From Chloroflexota bacterium (GTDB taxonomy: Bacteria > Chloroflexota > Dehalococcoidia > Lucifugimonadales > JADFKI01), in contig JAQBUT010000004.1 in assembly GCA_027623195.1 (NCBI GenBank), forward strand, positions 81,609 through 145,608: a stretch of DNA of 64,000 nucleotides, read 5' to 3'. Positions 44,801 to 54,573 of this stretch are shown one piece after another. The notes below the pieces were generated by a model, which saw only the letters and a list, made by a program, of their open reading frames with translations, was not told the origin of the DNA and searched no databases. The stretch's first letter is position 1, and the number at the start of each line of letters is the position of its first letter. Made by a program: the position numbers and the translations under genes.

Positions 44801-45027
44801 CGTAGACCTCCATTCATGCTAAGACGCCGCCTGTTAGACGTACGCCTTGAATATCGGTCAGATAGTACCAATTGCGGCATGTAGTTACAACAAGGCGGCG
44901 AAAGAGATTTTTTAGGAGCATCTTCAACACCCTGCTCTTCACCGGGTTCCAAACCAAATGTTGACCGTGCACCACTTGCGAATATAATACGGTCAGACCT
45001 ACCGCGTTACTGCGGGAGGAAACGACC

Positions 45028-45795
45028 ATGGATTCAGGAGCGCTTATGGGAAGATTCGACGGGCAGGTGGCTATCGTCACGGGAGCCGCCACAGGCATTG
45101 GATACGGCATAGCCAAACGATTGGCCAGTGAGGGCGCCAACCTGGTTATGGTGGACCTGAACGGGTCAATGGGAGAACAGTCGGCAAGCGAAATTGCTGC
45201 GCGGGGCACCGAGACAAGACTTGTGGTAGGCGACGTTGGCGAAAGCTCAACTGCCGACGAAGCTGTACGGCAGGCTGTGGATACCTGGGGTAGGCTAGAC
45301 ATTCTCATTAACAACGCAGGTATCACCGGCGTGGACGGAAACATATGGGAGACGCCTGTCGAGGAGTTGGACAGGGTTTATCGCGTCAACCTGCGAGGGG
45401 TCTTCTCGTTCTGCCACGCGGCCATACCCGCCATGCTGGAGAGGGACTACGGTCGTGTCGTCAACATAGCGTCTATTGCCGGTAAAGAGGGCAATCCGCG
45501 CATGGTGCCATACTCCGCAACGAAGGCCGCCGTCATCGGCCTAACCAAATCCGTGGGCAAGGAGTTGGCCAAAACCGGCGTTAGGGTGAACTGCGTCGCG
45601 CCGGCAGTAGTGCATACCCGCCTTCTTGATGAGCTCACGCCTGAACAGATCCAATACATGGTGGACCGCATTCCAATTGGGCGCACCGGAGACATCAGCG
45701 AGATCGCTGCGTTGGTTGCCTGGCTGGCATCCGAAGAGTGCTCCTTCAGCACTGGGGCTGTCTTCGACATTAGCGGGGGCCGCGCGACTTACTAG
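45028..45795 (+). CDS. SDR family oxidoreductase (FabG-like)
   Basis: TGAATGIG, NNAG and YSATK motifs are present, with a GGGAGGA RBS. Confidence 0.85.
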   Translation: MDSGALMGRFDGQVAIVTGAATGIGYGIAKRLASEGANLVMVDLNGSMGEQSASEIAARGTETRLVVGDVGESSTADEAVRQAVDTWGRLDILINNAGITGVDGNIWETPVEELDRVYRVNLRGVFSFCHAAIPAMLERDYGRVVNIASIAGKEGNPRMVPYSATKAAVIGLTKSVGKELAKTGVRVNCVAPAVVHTRLLDELTPEQIQYMVDRIPIGRTGDISEIAALVAWLASEECSFSTGAVFDISGGRATY

Positions 45796-45891
45796 TGTGG
45801 CCACACACCTCAGAACCTTCTGACAAACGGCGCATCTAATTGGCGCCGGTCCCTAACGGGGAAGACCCAAAAATGCGGAGAGGACGAGAAT

Positions 45892-46443
45892 ATGCCGTGG
45901 ATTGACCAGGACGAAAGCCTTAACGTTGGGAACGTAATCAAGATAATGTCCCTGAGGCCCAAAGCCATGCAGGCCGTAATGGATGTAAATCAGGCCGTCA
46001 CATTCGGAGGGTCGGCGCTAACGCGAGTCCAGGAGGAGGCGATTGCCACCACTGTGGGCGTCGTCAACAAGTGCCGCTACTGAACGATGTCCCACGGGGC
46101 GTTGCTCCGTCAGATGTCCGATGACCCCGAGATGGCCAGCATGGTGATGTATGACTACACCAAGGCCAACATCGATCCCCAGTTGAAGGGAATCCTGGAT
46201 TTCGCCACCAAGCTAACCCTCAAGCCAGGCGAAATGGAGGAGACCGACATTCAGACCTTGCGCGTTTCCGGCCTGAGCGACGAGGAGATTCTCAGCGTTG
46301 TCATGGTGACTTGTAACTTCAACTTCATGACGCGGCTTGCAGACGCCCTGGGTGTGGTCTTCGAAGACTCACGTCAACAACAGATGGAGCGATGGCTGAC
46401 TGGTCCCGTTAAAGACCAGGAATGGCTCATGAAGCAGAAGTAA
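45892..46443 (+). CDS. AhpD/carboxymuconolactone-decarboxylase-family peroxidase-related protein, probable selenoprotein (UGA at 46081-46083 read as Sec)
   Basis: Two same-frame ORFs are separated only by TGA-ACG. Read-through gives VNKCRY-U-TMSHGALL, which matches the family's CxxC...H redox motif. The combined length is 183 aa. Confidence 0.7.
46086..46118 (+). promoter_or_regulatory. SECIS-like hairpin downstream of the in-frame UGA
   Basis: A 6-bp lower stem, a 2x2 internal loop, a 6-bp upper stem and a CGUUG pentaloop. The loop GUU lies 21-23 nt from the U of UGA. Confidence 0.5.
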
Positions 46444-46522
46444 CTTGGAGAAACTGGACATACCGATAAAGGCGGCGGCAGGTACCGGAGTTGGATGGAA
46501 CCGCTCTCGAAGCTAAAGTAAC

Positions 46523-47902
46523 TCAGTCGGCCCCGCTGCCGGTAGGCGCTGGCTCTGGGTTGGACACTCCATGCCCCTCGGTCCCGAAGACCTGCTCCAC
46601 TTCCCAGTCTGGTATCAGTATTTTGTGCGTAGGCTCAAGCACCACGATGCTGACCATGCCCGCAAGGCTCGCCACTATGGCTATCATCAGGGCCAAGTCA
46701 TAGCTGCCAGTCATATCGTAAATTGGCCCGCCGACCCATCCACCCAGCGCCATGCCGAGGCCTGCTCCAAGCATCTGAATGCCATAGGGCGAGCCCGTAG
46801 GCGCGTGGCCGTAGTATTTTCGATTCAGTATTGGGAAGCCGCCGGTCTCGCCTCCGTAGCCTATCCCGAACAGCACTGCGAATAGGTAGAACATCCACGG
46901 GTCATGCGTCCAGAATAGCGACACCACGGTGATGCCCTGCAGAAAGTAGAAAATGGCCATGACGGTCCGGGTGCCCATGTGCTCGCAAAGTATAGGCACG
47001 GCGATTCGAGATATTATGCTCACGGCTGACATGACCGTTAATAGTGCCGCCGCCGTCACCAGGGACAGCCCTTCGCTGACAGCCAACGGTATGATGTATA
47101 TCAGTATCACAGCGTGGCCAACGCATCCCAGGAAGTGTATGGAGCTCAGGTTCCAGTATGCTGCCGTCCGGCGCATGTGGCCGTTGAACATCTTGATCCG
47201 CTGCGGGTCGACGACCTTTTCTTCCGGAGATGGGTCGCCAGGCCTATGCCCGTAAGGCAAGATGCCCCGGTCCGACGGCTTGTTGCGAAACACCACGATA
47301 AGCCCCGCCATAATCAATGCGGAACCAACGCCCAGCGCCAGGAAGGCCTGCTGCCATTCCATGTACTGAATCATGGCGCCAATGGCAGGGGCAGCCAATG
47401 CTGGCCCCAACCCCCACGCCGCCATTATCAGGCCCATGCCAACGCCCAAGTGACGCCTGAACCAGAGCATTGCGGCAGGAATTAGAGGCACGAGGAACAT
47501 GGCCTGAGCCACTCCCAGAAGGACGCCGAAGTAAAGATAGAGGTGCCAAGGTTGCGATATGTAACCTGTGAGGATCATGCCCACAAGGAAGAGCGCCGTC
47601 CCGACCGCCATGGCCTTGCGCGCTCCAAAGCGGTCGCCGAACCAGCCAGCGAATGGCGATGACAGAGCGGTTACTAAGCTGGTAATGGCGTAGGCTAAGG
47701 TGATGGTGCCCTGGCTCCAGCCGAAACTCACTTCTAGGGGTTCGATGAATACGCCGAACGCCATGCGAACCGATGTCCCGACCATTTGCATGACTGCGAT
47801 AACCGTTACGATTACCCAGGCGTAATGAGGGTAGAAGACCCGGCCATTTCCGCCATCTTCACCTTTACCTGGGTCCCTACCCAGATTGACACCGAGTGCC
47901 AT
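46523..47902 (-). CDS. MFS transporter
   Basis: The 459-aa product has about 12 TM segments and a GWFGDRFGARK-type loop motif. Confidence 0.8.
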   Translation of the reverse strand: MALGVNLGRDPGKGEDGGNGRVFYPHYAWVIVTVIAVMQMVGTSVRMAFGVFIEPLEVSFGWSQGTITLAYAITSLVTALSSPFAGWFGDRFGARKAMAVGTALFLVGMILTGYISQPWHLYLYFGVLLGVAQAMFLVPLIPAAMLWFRRHLGVGMGLIMAAWGLGPALAAPAIGAMIQYMEWQQAFLALGVGSALIMAGLIVVFRNKPSDRGILPYGHRPGDPSPEEKVVDPQRIKMFNGHMRRTAAYWNLSSIHFLGCVGHAVILIYIIPLAVSEGLSLVTAAALLTVMSAVSIISRIAVPILCEHMGTRTVMAIFYFLQGITVVSLFWTHDPWMFYLFAVLFGIGYGGETGGFPILNRKYYGHAPTGSPYGIQMLGAGLGMALGGWVGGPIYDMTGSYDLALMIAIVASLAGMVSIVVLEPTHKILIPDWEVEQVFGTEGHGVSNPEPAPTGSGAD

Positions 47903-47926
47903 TCAGCTTGACCTCTTTGTTTACAT

Positions 47927-48229
47927 TCAATGCAGTGGGCAGGCGAATAGAAATGCTCGTTCCCATCCCTGCTCTTCCCCTGGGTTTCCCAGGGAACCCG
48001 CTAACGCCCCATTAGGACTAGCCTGTTGGCCGGTCCGAAAATCAAACTGGGCCTCGCCCAAACCGGCCTGGGCATATGGATTGTTGCGGGCTTCGATGCG
48101 AGCATCAGCGGCCCACGCGCCAAAGAAAATAGTGATGGCTAGACTCAAAACCACCACCACAACGAACTGGAGTGGCAGCCCAAGCACGCGCATTTCGTTG
48201 AGACGAGATGCCAGACTGTCGTTCTGCAT
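47927..48229 (-). CDS. hypothetical small membrane-anchored protein
   Basis: There is one strong TM segment (LPLQFVVVVVLSLAITIFFGAW). It lies upstream of and co-oriented with the MFS gene. No clear RBS is visible, and a shadow ORF overlaps on the other strand. Confidence 0.3.
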   Translation of the reverse strand: MQNDSLASRLNEMRVLGLPLQFVVVVVLSLAITIFFGAWAADARIEARNNPYAQAGLGEAQFDFRTGQQASPNGALAGSLGNPGEEQGWERAFLFACPLH

Positions 48230-48240
48230 ATTTAAGTTAC

Positions 48241-48282
48241 CATATAATAAACGGGGGCAGGCTTTCAAACCTGCCTCCGTTT
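48241..48282 (-). terminator. rho-independent terminator of the VOC gene
   Basis: A 13-bp stem (AAACGGAGGCAGG / CCTGCCCCCGTTT on the minus strand) is followed by a T-rich tract. Confidence 0.6.
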
Positions 48283-48298
48283 ATTCCATTAATTCTAT

Positions 48299-48772
48299 CT
48301 AAGCGGGAATGGCCGCTCTAGCGATCGCGAGGAGATCCTCTTCCGAGTCGTCCAAGTTCACGGGGTCGCCGTGCGGCTGCGGGACGGGGAAGCCAGTCTT
48401 GTAGTAGACCTCGAACGTATTGCCCTCGGGGTCGGTAGCGTACATTCCAAATGCGTTGCCGTGGCTGACGGTGCGCTGTATGCTGACGTTCTCTTCCTTG
48501 AACACTTTGTAGAAGCCTTTCAGCTCGGCCAAAGAGTCTACCTTGAAAGAGATCTGCTGCACCACTTTGGCGTCAGCGTCCACGTTGCGGCCCTTCATAA
48601 TCACGAACTCGTGATGCTCTTCACCGGGGTTAGCGCTCATGAAAACCATGCCACGCTGTTCCAGGTCCTCGTCCGTTATCTCGAGGCCCATGACCCTGGA
48701 ATAGAAATCACGCTGCTTCATGAGGTCCGTAACATAAATTCCGACATGGCCCAGTCCACTAAGTTTAGGCAT
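48299..48772 (-). CDS. VOC family protein (extradiol dioxygenase/glyoxalase-like)
   Basis: The GHVGIYVTD N-terminal pattern is present. Length is 157 aa. Confidence 0.75.
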   Translation of the reverse strand: MPKLSGLGHVGIYVTDLMKQRDFYSRVMGLEITDEDLEQRGMVFMSANPGEEHHEFVIMKGRNVDADAKVVQQISFKVDSLAELKGFYKVFKEENVSIQRTVSHGNAFGMYATDPEGNTFEVYYKTGFPVPQPHGDPVNLDDSEEDLLAIARAAIPA

Positions 48773-48944
48773 TCGTCTACCTCCGATGATATAAAGCCGA
48801 TTTCAACCCATATTTAGGCTGCCGTTGGCGGGATTGTACCACAATACAGCCAGCCGCAACGACTGCCGCGACGGCTTCCGGTTTCATGCCTTTAACTCCG
48901 GTACGAACCGGGTTGCAGTCGACTGTCGTCGCTATAAAGCGGCC

Positions 48945-49571
48945 CTAACTGGTGACCCAATCAACGGCGTTCACGACTAGTTGTTGAAAGAGCGTGGTCT
49001 GAAAGCTCAACCCATCGTGCCCGAGGGTCGTCTGGAAAACTTTACCGTTGCCATACGTGCGCGTCCACGCCATGGGATAGGTCTGGCCGTCCAGGTCCGC
49101 CGTCAAGAATACCTGATTGCCGGGTCGCCAACCCAATTCGGTGTAAAGCTCGTCATTGGTAATAAAGTCGCGTATACCGGCGCTGCACTGGTGACTCGGA
49201 TCGCTGACGTTTACGGTGAACTGTCCGTAAGGTGGGTGGGTACTGGCGCCCGAGACCCAACCTCCCCCGGAAACATCATGGTACTCGTTCCAGTTGTCCG
49301 GCCTACACCCAGATATATGCAGGCAGACGAACCCTTTGCCACCACCTATGAACCTTGTAAATTGAACCTGTTCGTCTCGGGTAAGGGTAAGCTCCGCCTC
49401 ACGCCTCGTGTTGAAAATAATAGCGTCATATCCCCGCAGCTTTTCAGAAAGCAAAACGCTGGAGTTTTCGGTCACCTGCACCTGGTGGCCTGCCGCCTGC
49501 AGGAAGTCGGCCAGGATCGGTGTTGATTCATCGTACGGATGCCGTCCGCCTGACAATACCAGCAGGTCCAT
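48945..49571 (-). CDS. ThuA domain-containing protein
   Basis: The 208-aa product has the ThuA-like class I glutamine-amidotransferase-like pattern (GGGKGFVCLH). Confidence 0.7.
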   Translation of the reverse strand: MDLLVLSGGRHPYDESTPILADFLQAAGHQVQVTENSSVLLSEKLRGYDAIIFNTRREAELTLTRDEQVQFTRFIGGGKGFVCLHISGCRPDNWNEYHDVSGGGWVSGASTHPPYGQFTVNVSDPSHQCSAGIRDFITNDELYTELGWRPGNQVFLTADLDGQTYPMAWTRTYGNGKVFQTTLGHDGLSFQTTLFQQLVVNAVDWVTS

Positions 49572-49691
49572 GGGAATCCTCCATTCAAATGAGTTGGGGC
49601 ATAACTCCCCATGACGGGAAGCCGCTCATACACGCCTAAATCGAGTTTATACCAGGGTATTTAAAAGGGTCAAGGAATACGGAGACTCTAA

Positions 49692-50417
49692 TTAGAGGGC
49701 TTGTGAAAACCTCTTGAGCAGCGACTGCAATGGCATGTCGGATAATGCGTTCAATCGCAGGTCGGCGCCTTCGAAAGCCATATCCGCCGTCATAGGGTTC
49801 GGAACAACCACGCAGTTTACGCCCGCGCTCCTCGCCGAGTTAAGTCCATTCAGGGAGTCCTCGATGGCCAGCGCGTTTGCGGGATAGACGCCCAAGCGGT
49901 CAGCGGCCTTAAGGTAAATTTCTGGATCTGGTTTGGCCTTCTTCACATCATCTCTGGTCGTAATAGATTCAAACAGGCCCAGCATTCCTCTAGAGTTCAG
50001 GTGTCCGCGAACCCATTCGCTGTCGGAGCTAGATGCAACCCCGACTTTAAGGCCCAAAGCCCTGGCGCCGTTAATGTAGTCCAGTATTCCAGGTAAGATC
50101 GGGTTTGACTCAATTTGTGCCAAATAGCGCGGCCGCATATCCGCCCGTACTGCCTGTCTGTCTATGGCTCGACCAGACATCTCTTCCAAGTGCTGGTAGA
50201 TATTAAAGGTCCCAGCCTCAGTGCCGATGGACTGTTTCCAAATATCGGGGTCAAGAACGGTGCCGTAGCCTTCAAAAACATCTCGCCATATATTAAAATC
50301 TGGCGTCTCTGTATCGAGAATAACGCCGTCGAAGTCAAATATCAGCGCGGAGATTTCAGGCAATTCCACTTCCCTAATTAAATAACCAGGATGATATAAT
50401 TGAAAAGAATAAGGCAT
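49692..50417 (-). CDS. HAD-superfamily hydrolase (beta-phosphoglucomutase-like)
   Basis: It has the motif I sequence FDFDGVILDTE. I chose the start at 50417; the longer 50540 option would overlap the rplS promoter and start. Confidence 0.75.
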   Translation of the reverse strand: MPYSFQLYHPGYLIREVELPEISALIFDFDGVILDTETPDFNIWRDVFEGYGTVLDPDIWKQSIGTEAGTFNIYQHLEEMSGRAIDRQAVRADMRPRYLAQIESNPILPGILDYINGARALGLKVGVASSSDSEWVRGHLNSRGMLGLFESITTRDDVKKAKPDPEIYLKAADRLGVYPANALAIEDSLNGLNSARSAGVNCVVVPNPMTADMAFEGADLRLNALSDMPLQSLLKRFSQAL

Positions 50418-50446
50418 AAGGATTATATCACTGCGTCGATTATCCC

Positions 50447-50476
50447 TTGCACACCCCCGCCCTATGAACGTAGAAT
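50447..50476 (+). promoter_or_regulatory. candidate promoter of rplS
   Basis: TTGCAC (50447-50452), an 18-nt spacer and TAGAAT (50471-50476). Confidence 0.4.
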
Positions 50477-50538
50477 AGTATGTTGTCATTTTTGTTTTAT
50501 GACAATTTGAAAATATGATAATTGGTAGGTAAATAGCC

Positions 50539-50877
50539 ATGGAAGCCTACGAGCTAATCGAGCTAAAGCCCAACGAGAAAATAGAAGAGTTCCAGCCCGG
50601 AGACACCGTACGCGTGGACATCCGCGTTACAGAGGGTGAGCGAACGCGAACCCAGGCCTTTCAGGGCGTGGTCATACGCCGGCGCGGTGGCGGCCCGGGC
50701 GAGTCCTTCACAGTGCGGCGTGTAGCACACGACGTAGGTGTGGAGAGGACTTTCCTCATGAACTCGCCAAACGTGGAGGCGGTTGTCGTCACACGAAAGG
50801 GCAAGGTTCGCAGGGCGCGACTTTACTACCTCCGAGGCCGGTCCGGCAGAGCAGCGCGAATTAAAGAGCGCCGATAA
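50539..50877 (+). CDS. rplS: 50S ribosomal protein L19
   Basis: The 112-aa product has the L19 signature FQPGDTVRV...[10 protein letters not shown]. Confidence 0.9.
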   Translation: MEAYELIELKPNEKIEEFQPGDTVRVDIRVTEGERTRTQAFQGVVIRRRGGGPGESFTVRRVAHDVGVERTFLMNSPNVEAVVVTRKGKVRRARLYYLRGRSGRAARIKERR

Positions 50878-50897
50878 GCCCTCTACGAGGATTTACC

Positions 50898-50936
50898 CAA
50901 AAGGGCGTTCGCCGTGGCGAACGCCCTTTTCGTTTT
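50898..50936 (+). terminator. rho-independent terminator of rplS
   Basis: An AGGGCGTTCGC/GCGAACGCCCT stem is followed by TTTTCGTTTT. Confidence 0.8.
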
Positions 50937-51037
50937 CCACAATATAGCCAGAGCATCTTGCGAACATGCGTTCCGTTAAGATAGAATATGCTCGCTAGCA
51001 AAGTCGCAACCGCATATCCCCGACAGGCCTACGTTAC

Positions 51038-53500
51038 GTGATATACGCCGAGATAGCAGTCGACGCCCCTATCGGTCCTGAAAAAACCTTCAGTTACTCC
51101 ATACCTGACGGCCTCGAACTAAGGCCAGGCCACCTGGTCAAGGTGCCCTTTGGCCCGCGAAGCATCCAGGGGGTCGTAATGTCCCTGTCCACCACCTCAG
51201 CCGTGGCACAAACCCGTGACGTCTACGACGTAGCTTTCCTGGAACCCGTTGTGGACGAAGCCCGGCTGAAGCTGGCCAGTTGGGTCAGCAGCTACTACAT
51301 GTGCTCTCTCTTTGAGGCGCTTTCGCCAATGCTTCCCCAGGGAGGACGCGTCCGAGGTAATACGAGGCTGACATTAATCGAAGACGTTAACGACATAGCT
51401 TCCGGACAGGCGTACACCCCGTTCCAAGAAAAAATTCTCACCTTGTTGCGAAGCCGCCCAGGCGTAAGTCAGGAACAGTTGGTGCGCAGGATGGGCGATG
51501 GCGCACGGTCGGCAATCGCAGCCCTGGAGCGTCGTGGGGTTCTCACCCGCGAACCCGGTTCTCTGGAACCCAGCGTTAAAGAGAAGCTCAGGCACGTCGT
51601 TACCATTGCCCCCGGCGCACGAGACAGCGCGAACCAGTGGCTTCACGACGCTTCAAACAGGGCCAATCGACAGAAGGCTCTGGCTCAGGCCCTACTGGAC
51701 TCTCAAGAGCCTTTGGACATTACCTCCGCCCGCAAAGAGTATGGAGCAGGTGCAGTCAAGTCGCTGAGAGAACGAGGCTGGCTTAACGTTAAGGCGGTAC
51801 AGGTGGACCGCGATCCCTTGGAAGGCAGGAGCTTCCCACCCGAACGACCAGTGACCTTAACAGCGCCGCAAACAGCAATCGCGGAGGAAATCCGACGCTC
51901 GCTAGATGATTCCTCCGGGCAGCGAGACACCTACCTGCTGCAAGGCGTAACCGGCAGTGGCAAGACGGAGGTTTACCTGAACGCCGCACAGCATTGCCTC
52001 GCTCTGGGAAAACGAGCCATAGTCCTTGTACCGGAGATAGCGCTGACGTACCAGACCATCGAGCGGTTCGCCTCCCGGTTTCCCAACGACGTGGCAGTGC
52101 TGCACAGCGGCCTCACTGCTGGAGAGCGCTTCGATCAGTGGTGGAAGGTGCGCCAGGGCCGATACGGCGTCGTAGTAGGGTCACGCAGCGCTGTCTTCGC
52201 ACCGCAACCCGACCTCGGCTTGATAATCATAGACGAGGAGCATGAGTGGACGTACAAACAGCACGATGCCGTGCCGCGATACCACACCAGGGAGGTCGCC
52301 GCCGAGGTAACCCGGCTGACTGGCGCTACGCTGCTCCTGGGCAGCGCATCGCCGGACCTCTCTTCCTACCACCGAGGTAAGCGCGGTACGTACAAGCTTC
52401 GACTGCTGACTGATCGCATTGCCTCTATCGATAACGGGCTTGCAGACGCAGGGACGGAACCGGTGGTGGCTCCGCTGGCGTCGGTTCAAATCGTGGACAT
52501 GCGCTCCGAGCTTCGCGAGGGCAACCGGGACATATTCAGCCGCCCGCTCACAGCGGCCATGAATGATTGCCTAGACTCTGGCCAACAGATGATGCTTTTC
52601 ATCAATCGCAGGGGATCGTCAGCCTACCTGCAGTGCCGTAGCTGCGGCTTTAGTCTGCGTTGCCGCAGTTGCGACGTTCCCATGACGTACCACAAGAGGG
52701 CCAAGCGACTCATGTGCCATTACTGCGGCACCCGCCGAATACCACCGGACAAGTGCCCGCAGTGCCTGGCCTACCGCCTGAGTTTCTACGGTGTGGGCAC
52801 CGAGGGTATAGCCGAGCAATTGGCTTCTAAATATCCAGGGGTTGAGGTGCTGCGTTGGGACAGGGATACAGCCACCTCTCCCAAGGCGCATGAAGATATA
52901 CTTACTCGGTTCAGGTCCGGGGACGCCCGAATACTGGTAGGCACTCAGATGATTGCCAAGGGCCTACATTTTCCGTCCGTGACCTTGGTTGGTGTCGTTT
53001 CGGCCGACGTTGGCCTGAACGTGCCGGATTACCGTGCCGGGGAGCGAACCTTCCAACTGCTGTGTCAGGTGGCAGGAAGGGCTGGTCGCGGAACTTACGA
53101 GGGCAAGGTTATTCTGCAGACCTACCAGCCAGACAATTACGCCATCAAGGCGGCGGCTTCGCAGGATTACCAGGGCTTTTATGACAAAGAGATGGCGTTT
53201 CGAAGAGACCACTCTCACCCGCCGTACAGCCGGCTAATCAGGCTTATGCACTCGGACACAAACCGGGCCAAGGCAGAAGGAGAGGCCATCCGGATGGCAG
53301 AGGTTCTTCGTGCGGGACAAGATGAGTGGGGCCTGTCGGACACCGATGTGCTGGGGCCGACCCCTACGTGGCCTGCAATGTTACGCGGCCGGTACCGTTG
53401 GCACATCATACTGCGCGGCCCTAACCCAAGGTCGCTGCTGAATAAGACCACGATGCCCCAGGGTTGGGTGGTAGACATCGACCCTGTATCGTTGACGTAA
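51038..53500 (+). CDS. priA: primosomal protein N' (replication restart helicase PriA)
   Basis: It has a Walker A motif (GVTGSGKT), a DEEH box, and Cys-rich zinc-binding motifs (CRSCGFSLRCRSC...CHYCG...CPQC). Length is 820 aa. Confidence 0.9.
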   Translation: MIYAEIAVDAPIGPEKTFSYSIPDGLELRPGHLVKVPFGPRSIQGVVMSLSTTSAVAQTRDVYDVAFLEPVVDEARLKLASWVSSYYMCSLFEALSPMLPQGGRVRGNTRLTLIEDVNDIASGQAYTPFQEKILTLLRSRPGVSQEQLVRRMGDGARSAIAALERRGVLTREPGSLEPSVKEKLRHVVTIAPGARDSANQWLHDASNRANRQKALAQALLDSQEPLDITSARKEYGAGAVKSLRERGWLNVKAVQVDRDPLEGRSFPPERPVTLTAPQTAIAEEIRRSLDDSSGQRDTYLLQGVTGSGKTEVYLNAAQHCLALGKRAIVLVPEIALTYQTIERFASRFPNDVAVLHSGLTAGERFDQWWKVRQGRYGVVVGSRSAVFAPQPDLGLIIIDEEHEWTYKQHDAVPRYHTREVAAEVTRLTGATLLLGSASPDLSSYHRGKRGTYKLRLLTDRIASIDNGLADAGTEPVVAPLASVQIVDMRSELREGNRDIFSRPLTAAMNDCLDSGQQMMLFINRRGSSAYLQCRSCGFSLRCRSCDVPMTYHKRAKRLMCHYCGTRRIPPDKCPQCLAYRLSFYGVGTEGIAEQLASKYPGVEVLRWDRDTATSPKAHEDILTRFRSGDARILVGTQMIAKGLHFPSVTLVGVVSADVGLNVPDYRAGERTFQLLCQVAGRAGRGTYEGKVILQTYQPDNYAIKAAASQDYQGFYDKEMAFRRDHSHPPYSRLIRLMHSDTNRAKAEGEAIRMAEVLRAGQDEWGLSDTDVLGPTPTWPAMLRGRYRWHIILRGPNPRSLLNKTTMPQGWVVDIDPVSLT

Positions 53501-53528
53501 TCGACAGAGAAGTCCTGCAAAAGAAAAA

Positions 53529-53550
53529 GGACAGGGCATAATGCCCTGTC
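53529..53550 (-). terminator. terminator hairpin between convergent priA and NHL genes
   Basis: A GGACAGGGCAT/ATGCCCTGTCC stem has its T-run on the minus-strand side. Confidence 0.6.
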
Positions 53551-53577
53551 CTCTCGCTGCGCAATCTGTAAAAGTTT

Positions 53578-54573
53578 TTACAGGTTGAACTGTGGATCCA
53601 TGTAATCCTTTTCCTTGGAGTAAACCTGGAGCCTGCCCCGAGTGCTATCAGCGACGATCAGGTTGTCGTTCTCGTCAATGGCAATTCCCACCGGGCGGTT
53701 GAAAAGACCTAGCTTGGTCTTGTCCTTAACTCGGCGATATGCCTTGACCGCATCCGGATTGGCCTCCACCACTTCCTTGGCCCACTTGGAGAACTCTACT
53801 GCGTCTCCAACAAGCTGCGTTATGATGGTGCCGTCAGCCTCGAAAATCTTCACCAGTTTCTCACCCCAGTCGGACACGTAGACATCGCCCTCGCTGTCAA
53901 CCGCCACGTCAGCCGGATGATCAAGGAAAGCTGCCGGTCCGCCGGTCTCTTGCCCGAATGTAAGGAGATGCGTGCCGTCTGGTGAGAACTTCTGCGCCCG
54001 GTTGTTTCCCCAGTCGGCAACAAAAATGTCGCCATTGGAGTCGACACAAATTCCCCAAGGCCTGTCCATTTGGCCCGGACCAGTCCCGTTGCTACCGAAA
54101 GCAGAGATGAAGTTGCCAGTCTTGGTAAACTTCTTTACCTGGCCAGTGGAGGTCTCCACAACCAGAAGGTTTTCGTCCGCATCGAAGGCTATACCTGAAG
54201 GACTCTGAAGTCCGCCTTCGCCATCCCATTCACTAACCAGCTGCCCGTCGGCATCGAAGACCTTAATGAGCTTCTCAAACTCGTCTGAGCAGTAGACATT
54301 GCCGTCCTTGTCGACGGCCAGGCTGCAAGGGAAGGTCAACTGTTCGCGTCCGAAGTCCCCGATGAACCGCTCGTCCATGGTTACTTTGCCAATGCGCTTA
54401 TTGGGCGCGACCACTCCACCGGCCCCGTCGTTGCCACGACTTAATACGTAAAGCACGCCACCGGGAGCTACGACCACATCGGTGGGCTGTGTAAAGCCAT
54501 TCCCCGCCGCGGCATTCCTACCGATGGTATGACTATAGTTCCAGGTGCGACCTGCTACAGTCGTTGTTAGCAT
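53578..54573 (-). CDS. NHL-repeat beta-propeller protein
   Basis: The 331-aa product has six NHL-type blades (repeated P-x-G-[IV]-A-x-D...[IV]-Y-V-x-D). There is no signal peptide. Confidence 0.7.
   Translation of the reverse strand: MLTTTVAGRTWNYSHTIGRNAAAGNGFTQPTDVVVAPGGVLYVLSRGNDGAGGVVAPNKRIGKVTMDERFIGDFGREQLTFPCSLAVDKDGNVYCSDEFEKLIKVFDADGQLVSEWDGEGGLQSPSGIAFDADENLLVVETSTGQVKKFTKTGNFISAFGSNGTGPGQMDRPWGICVDSNGDIFVADWGNNRAQKFSPDGTHLLTFGQETGGPAAFLDHPADVAVDSEGDVYVSDWGEKLVKIFEADGTIITQLVGDAVEFSKWAKEVVEANPDAVKAYRRVKDKTKLGLFNRPVGIAIDENDNLIVADSTRGRLQVYSKEKDYMDPQFNL

Noticed and set aside
44814-45344. A 176-aa minus-strand ORF overlapping the SDR gene start.
   Set aside because: It lies antisense to an SDR gene with canonical motifs and a strong RBS, and its translation is low-complexity and Ser/Pro/Ala-rich.
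47886-48302. A 138-aa plus-strand ORF between the MFS and VOC genes.
   Set aside because: It runs through the VOC terminator hairpin and has an Arg/Ser/Pro-rich translation. The minus-strand ORF with a TM helix is slightly more plausible, but it is itself low confidence.
50418-50540. The 41-codon N-terminal extension of the HAD hydrolase ORF.
   Set aside because: It would overlap the rplS promoter and start codon. HAD motif I (FDFDGVILDTE) follows shortly after the internal Met at 50417.
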